A stretch of DNA of 49,803 nt, from assembly GCA_049969855.1 (NCBI GenBank), contig JBMFOB010000010.1, forward strand, positions 1-49,803. Direction: 5' to 3'. Origin of the DNA: Candidatus Bathyarchaeia archaeon (GTDB lineage: Archaea > Thermoproteota > Bathyarchaeia > Bathyarchaeales > Bathycorpusculaceae). Positions 46,815 through 49,803 of this stretch are shown one piece after another (position 1 is the first letter of the stretch; each line of letters begins with the position of its first letter). Below the pieces are notes generated by a model that was given only the letters and a program-made list of their open reading frames with translations, was not told the DNA's origin and searched no databases. The translations under genes and the position numbers were made by a program.

Positions 46815-48898
46815 AAATTGAAATAGTTCAACTTGAAAACATCCGTTCCCACGTTAAATCCACCGTGCCATTCGCAAGAGGCTTCAACTGTCTTGTTGGC
46901 GGCTTAGGCTGTGGAAAGTCCACAATTTTATACTCCATAGACTTTGCGCTTTTCGGCGAACCCCTCGGCAGAAGCTACGATTATCTTCTTCGTGAAGGCG
47001 CAGAAACAGGAAAAGTCACAGTTCAATTTGTTCAAAATGGAAAAAGCTACAAAATATCACGGGGCTTAAAAAGGCATGGGAAGGGAATAAGCCAAGACTT
47101 TGAAGAACTAAAACTCTACGAAGGAGAAAACCTGATAGCAAGCGTAAAAAGCGATGCAGTAGCTGAACAAATAAAAGCAATAACAGCCTTGGACAAGGAC
47201 CTTTTCCGTGAAATAGTTTGGGTTAGACAAGAACACCTAAAAGAACTCTTAGACGTCACGCCAAGAGAGAGGCAAAAACGCCTAGACGAGTTATTCGGTT
47301 TATCAGACTACGAAATGGCGTGGAGCAATTTGGCAGGTTATCAAAGAGAATATGATGGAGAAAAGAAAGCTTACGAAAAAGACCCAGATGTTGTTGGAAT
47401 GGAAAAACTCAACGCAGAATACAATCGAACAGTGGAGCAGCTTGGAATCATCGAAATTGAATTACAAGACATGGCGAAAAGGCTCAGCTTAGCAAAAAAG
47501 GTTCTTGAGGAAGCTGAGTTGAAACTTAAAAAACTGGAGGATGTGAAAGCCCAAGTTGAAGAATTAAAACGGAAGGAAGCCCAAACTCTTGCAAACTTGA
47601 CAAACGTGGAAGATGCCTCAGCATCCCTAGCTGAGAAAATAGAGAAGCGAAAATTTGCCATCGAAAATCTGAAGCAACGCCTAAACAGTATGGAAACACA
47701 GATAGAATCCTACAAGGCTAAGCTTAAGGAAGTTGGAGTGTCACCAGACCAGCCCATAGAAGCTATAAAACAATATTTGCTGGCATTTGACGACCAAATC
47801 TCCAGCTTAAAAGGCGAACAAGAAGCAGCCCGCAGAAAAATGCGGGAAGACCAAAACAGAATCTCTTCGCTCTCTACTCAGAATCTCTGTCCATTATGTT
47901 TGCAACCATTAACAGGAGAATACAAAAACGGTTTAATGCAGAAAATTCAGACAGAAAATAACGAAAGACAAAAAACAATAAGTCAACTCCAACACGACAT
48001 TGAAGAGCTTCAGCAAATAAAAAACAAGGCAAATGAAGCTTTCTCAAACCTGCAGACGCTAATTTTAAGATTTGAGGATTTAAACGCCCAAATTAACCAA
48101 GAATCCCAAGCATTGGCAGACTTTGCCAAAGAGTTTGAGGAAAAACAAAAGTTAGAGAAAGAATTGCGAACGCAACTGGAGAATTTAAGAGCGGAAATCA
48201 GTAGATTTGATGTTTCTGAACTGGAAAACGCCAGAATAATGAGCAGACAAGCTCTTCAGCAATATTCTTCGCTGGAATCTGATTTAAAGGCTAAAGAAGC
48301 GCAGAGAAAATATCTTGTCCAGCGTTTAGAAGAAATAAAAGAGAGAATCGACCAAGCTCAGCAGAAAATTGAACGCATGGAAAAAATAGCAAAGGCTGTT
48401 GAAATCATCGGGAGCATACGCGACGCTTACAGAAGTATTCAACCCAAGCTGCGAAGCGAATTCGTAAAAGTCCTAAGAAACTTTGTACAGCAAGTTCTCG
48501 ACAGCCTAGTAGGCGGAGAAGGAACCCCAATAAACGTTTCAATCGACGAAACCTATACGCCCTATGTAGTAAGCGAAACTGGTGCGGAAAGGGAAGTTTC
48601 AAACCTCTCCGGCGGAGAAAGAACATTGCTTGCTTTTGCATACCGCCTCGGATTAGGACAATTGATTATGCAGTCCAGAACAGGTCATGGATTAAGCCTA
48701 TTATTGCTTGACGAACCAACAGAAAGCCTTGGAAGAGAAGACGGCTCCATAGACCGCTTAGCCGAAGCAATCTCACGCTTTAAAGCCATAGAACAAATAA
48801 TAGCAGTCACACACAGCGAAGCCTTTGCAGAAAAAGCTGAGCATGTAATAAGACTTGAAAAAGAGGCGGGCATAAGCAAGGTTGCAGTGGAAAGGTAA
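46811..48898 (+). CDS. rad50: Rad50/SbcC SMC-like ATPase
   Basis: ENIRSH, Walker A GCGKST, coiled coils with CPLC zinc hook, LSGGE, LLLDEPT and VTH. Confidence 0.9.
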   Translation: MKIEIVQLENIRSHVKSTVPFARGFNCLVGGLGCGKSTILYSIDFALFGEPLGRSYDYLLREGAETGKVTVQFVQNGKSYKISRGLKRHGKGISQDFEELKLYEGENLIASVKSDAVAEQIKAITALDKDLFREIVWVRQEHLKELLDVTPRERQKRLDELFGLSDYEMAWSNLAGYQREYDGEKKAYEKDPDVVGMEKLNAEYNRTVEQLGIIEIELQDMAKRLSLAKKVLEEAELKLKKLEDVKAQVEELKRKEAQTLANLTNVEDASASLAEKIEKRKFAIENLKQRLNSMETQIESYKAKLKEVGVSPDQPIEAIKQYLLAFDDQISSLKGEQEAARRKMREDQNRISSLSTQNLCPLCLQPLTGEYKNGLMQKIQTENNERQKTISQLQHDIEELQQIKNKANEAFSNLQTLILRFEDLNAQINQESQALADFAKEFEEKQKLEKELRTQLENLRAEISRFDVSELENARIMSRQALQQYSSLESDLKAKEAQRKYLVQRLEEIKERIDQAQQKIERMEKIAKAVEIIGSIRDAYRSIQPKLRSEFVKVLRNFVQQVLDSLVGGEGTPINVSIDETYTPYVVSETGAEREVSNLSGGERTLLAFAYRLGLGQLIMQSRTGHGLSLLLLDEPTESLGREDGSIDRLAEAISRFKAIEQIIAVTHSEAFAEKAEHVIRLEKEAGISKVAVER

Positions 48899-48960
48899 CC
48901 TAGAATAAGGATGTTAGAAAACTACAACAAAGCCATTTTCCAAATAGAAACTCTCAAATT

Positions 48961-49802
48961 TTATGCTAGGAAGATTGTTTGGGCTATGAAGCTTATTGCG
49001 GCAATGGTTAACATTAAAATGCTTAATGGTTTAGTAACCCTTTGATGCGCCCTACTCATGATGAGCAATATGAATGTAACAAGCACCATGAAGGGCACGG
49101 TTGTGAGGATTTCTGGAAGCGCCACGTCAAAAGAATGTCCCCTCAAAGGAACTATTATGGCAACTAAGCCGAAAACTAAAGTGATTGTAATGATATTGTC
49201 TCCAATAACGTTGCCAATGGATATCTCTTGTTCTCCTTCTAAAGCGGCGAATATGGAAACTGCAGCCTCTGGAATAATGCACCCAACGGCGGTTATTGTG
49301 AGTCCAACATAAAACTCCTTCAAACCAAAAACTTCGCTGATGAGCAAGGCGCTGCGAACAAGCAGCACTGTGCCGCTTAAAAGAACAAAGCCTCCAAAAA
49401 TCACGTAAACCCAAGCCTTCCGTGGACTGCCATTTCCGTCTCCTTCATGATTGTTGTTTGACTTTCGAATTGAATAATAAATGAAAAGCGGGTATGCTGC
49501 TAAGAAAATGAGACCTAACCACCATGTTACTTGACCCGTTAAGATTATGATCAAGGCGAAAAGTGAACTTAAAACAATCATAATAGCGCTTTCGGTTACA
49601 ACTGAGGAATTTTTAATTTTAAACTCTCTTATTAAACCGCACAACCCAATAATTAAAGGCACATTGTAAATGTTCGAGCCTATAAGATTCCCAAGCGCTA
49701 AATGGGAAGGTTCCAAAAAACCGCCACAAGCGAACTCATCAACTCAGGCAAAGCAGTAATAGACGCCACAACAACAGTTCCAGCCACAACCTTATTGATA
49801 CA
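48961..49802 (-). CDS. Ca2+/cation (Na+/Ca2+) antiporter, CaCA family; 5' end outside window, apparent frameshift near 49715-49720
   Basis: GNLIGSNIYN and a second alpha repeat (IPE...GNVIGDN) lie in ORF 48961-49716. The first repeat half (TALPELMSS) lies upstream in a different frame. Confidence 0.85.
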
Positions 49803-49803
49803 C

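Noticed and set aside
45609-48898. Nuclease + SMC ATPase as an anti-phage/Wadjet-like defence system
   Set aside because: The zinc hook and phosphoesterase motifs fit Mre11-Rad50, and there are no kleisin/KITE or other defence genes nearby.
1-49803. tRNA, rRNA, CRISPR arrays, transposases or integrases
   Set aside because: By eye, intergenic regions are short and AT-rich, with no T-loop consensus, repeat-spacer arrays or recombinase ORFs. Small ncRNAs cannot be excluded without covariance-model searches.

Overview
Gene-dense archaeal chromosomal window, probably Bathyarchaeia or another TACK lineage. This is inferred from archaeal-type ribosomal proteins, aCPSF1, a tRNA endonuclease with a crenarchaeal-type loop, GGTGA/GAGG Shine-Dalgarno sites and TATA promoters. 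About 60 CDS are present, mostly core housekeeping. They include the secE-spt5-rpl11-rpl1-rpl10-rpl12 cluster, the rnp4-yhbY-rps19e-PDCD5-rpl39e-rpl31e-[insert]-eif6-rpl18a-pfdA-ftsY cluster, psmB-aCPSF1, Sm-rpl37e, asnS, glyS, endA, egsA, DGGGP synthase and mre11-rad50. I recognised no tRNA, rRNA, CRISPR array or mobile element. Two genes missing from the ORF track were recovered by hand: rpl39e and a frameshifted winged-helix regulator. The leads most worth following are: (1) an acetate module (satP-acs) converging on an ADP-forming acyl-CoA ligase/GNAT fusion that keeps both catalytic histidines; (2) a coupled operon of DGGGP synthase, a CTP-dependent isoprenoid kinase and an atypical NMP kinase, possibly an ether-lipid or isoprenol salvage route; (3) enzymes with remodelled active sites (Ino1-like and OTC-like); (4) a heavily sequoned, surface GH-like gene inserted into a conserved ribosomal operon; (5) eL31 with a long acidic extension; (6) an AN1 zinc-finger/site-2 protease fusion; and (7) two homopolymer frameshifts. 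All functional calls come from motif recognition without database searches.
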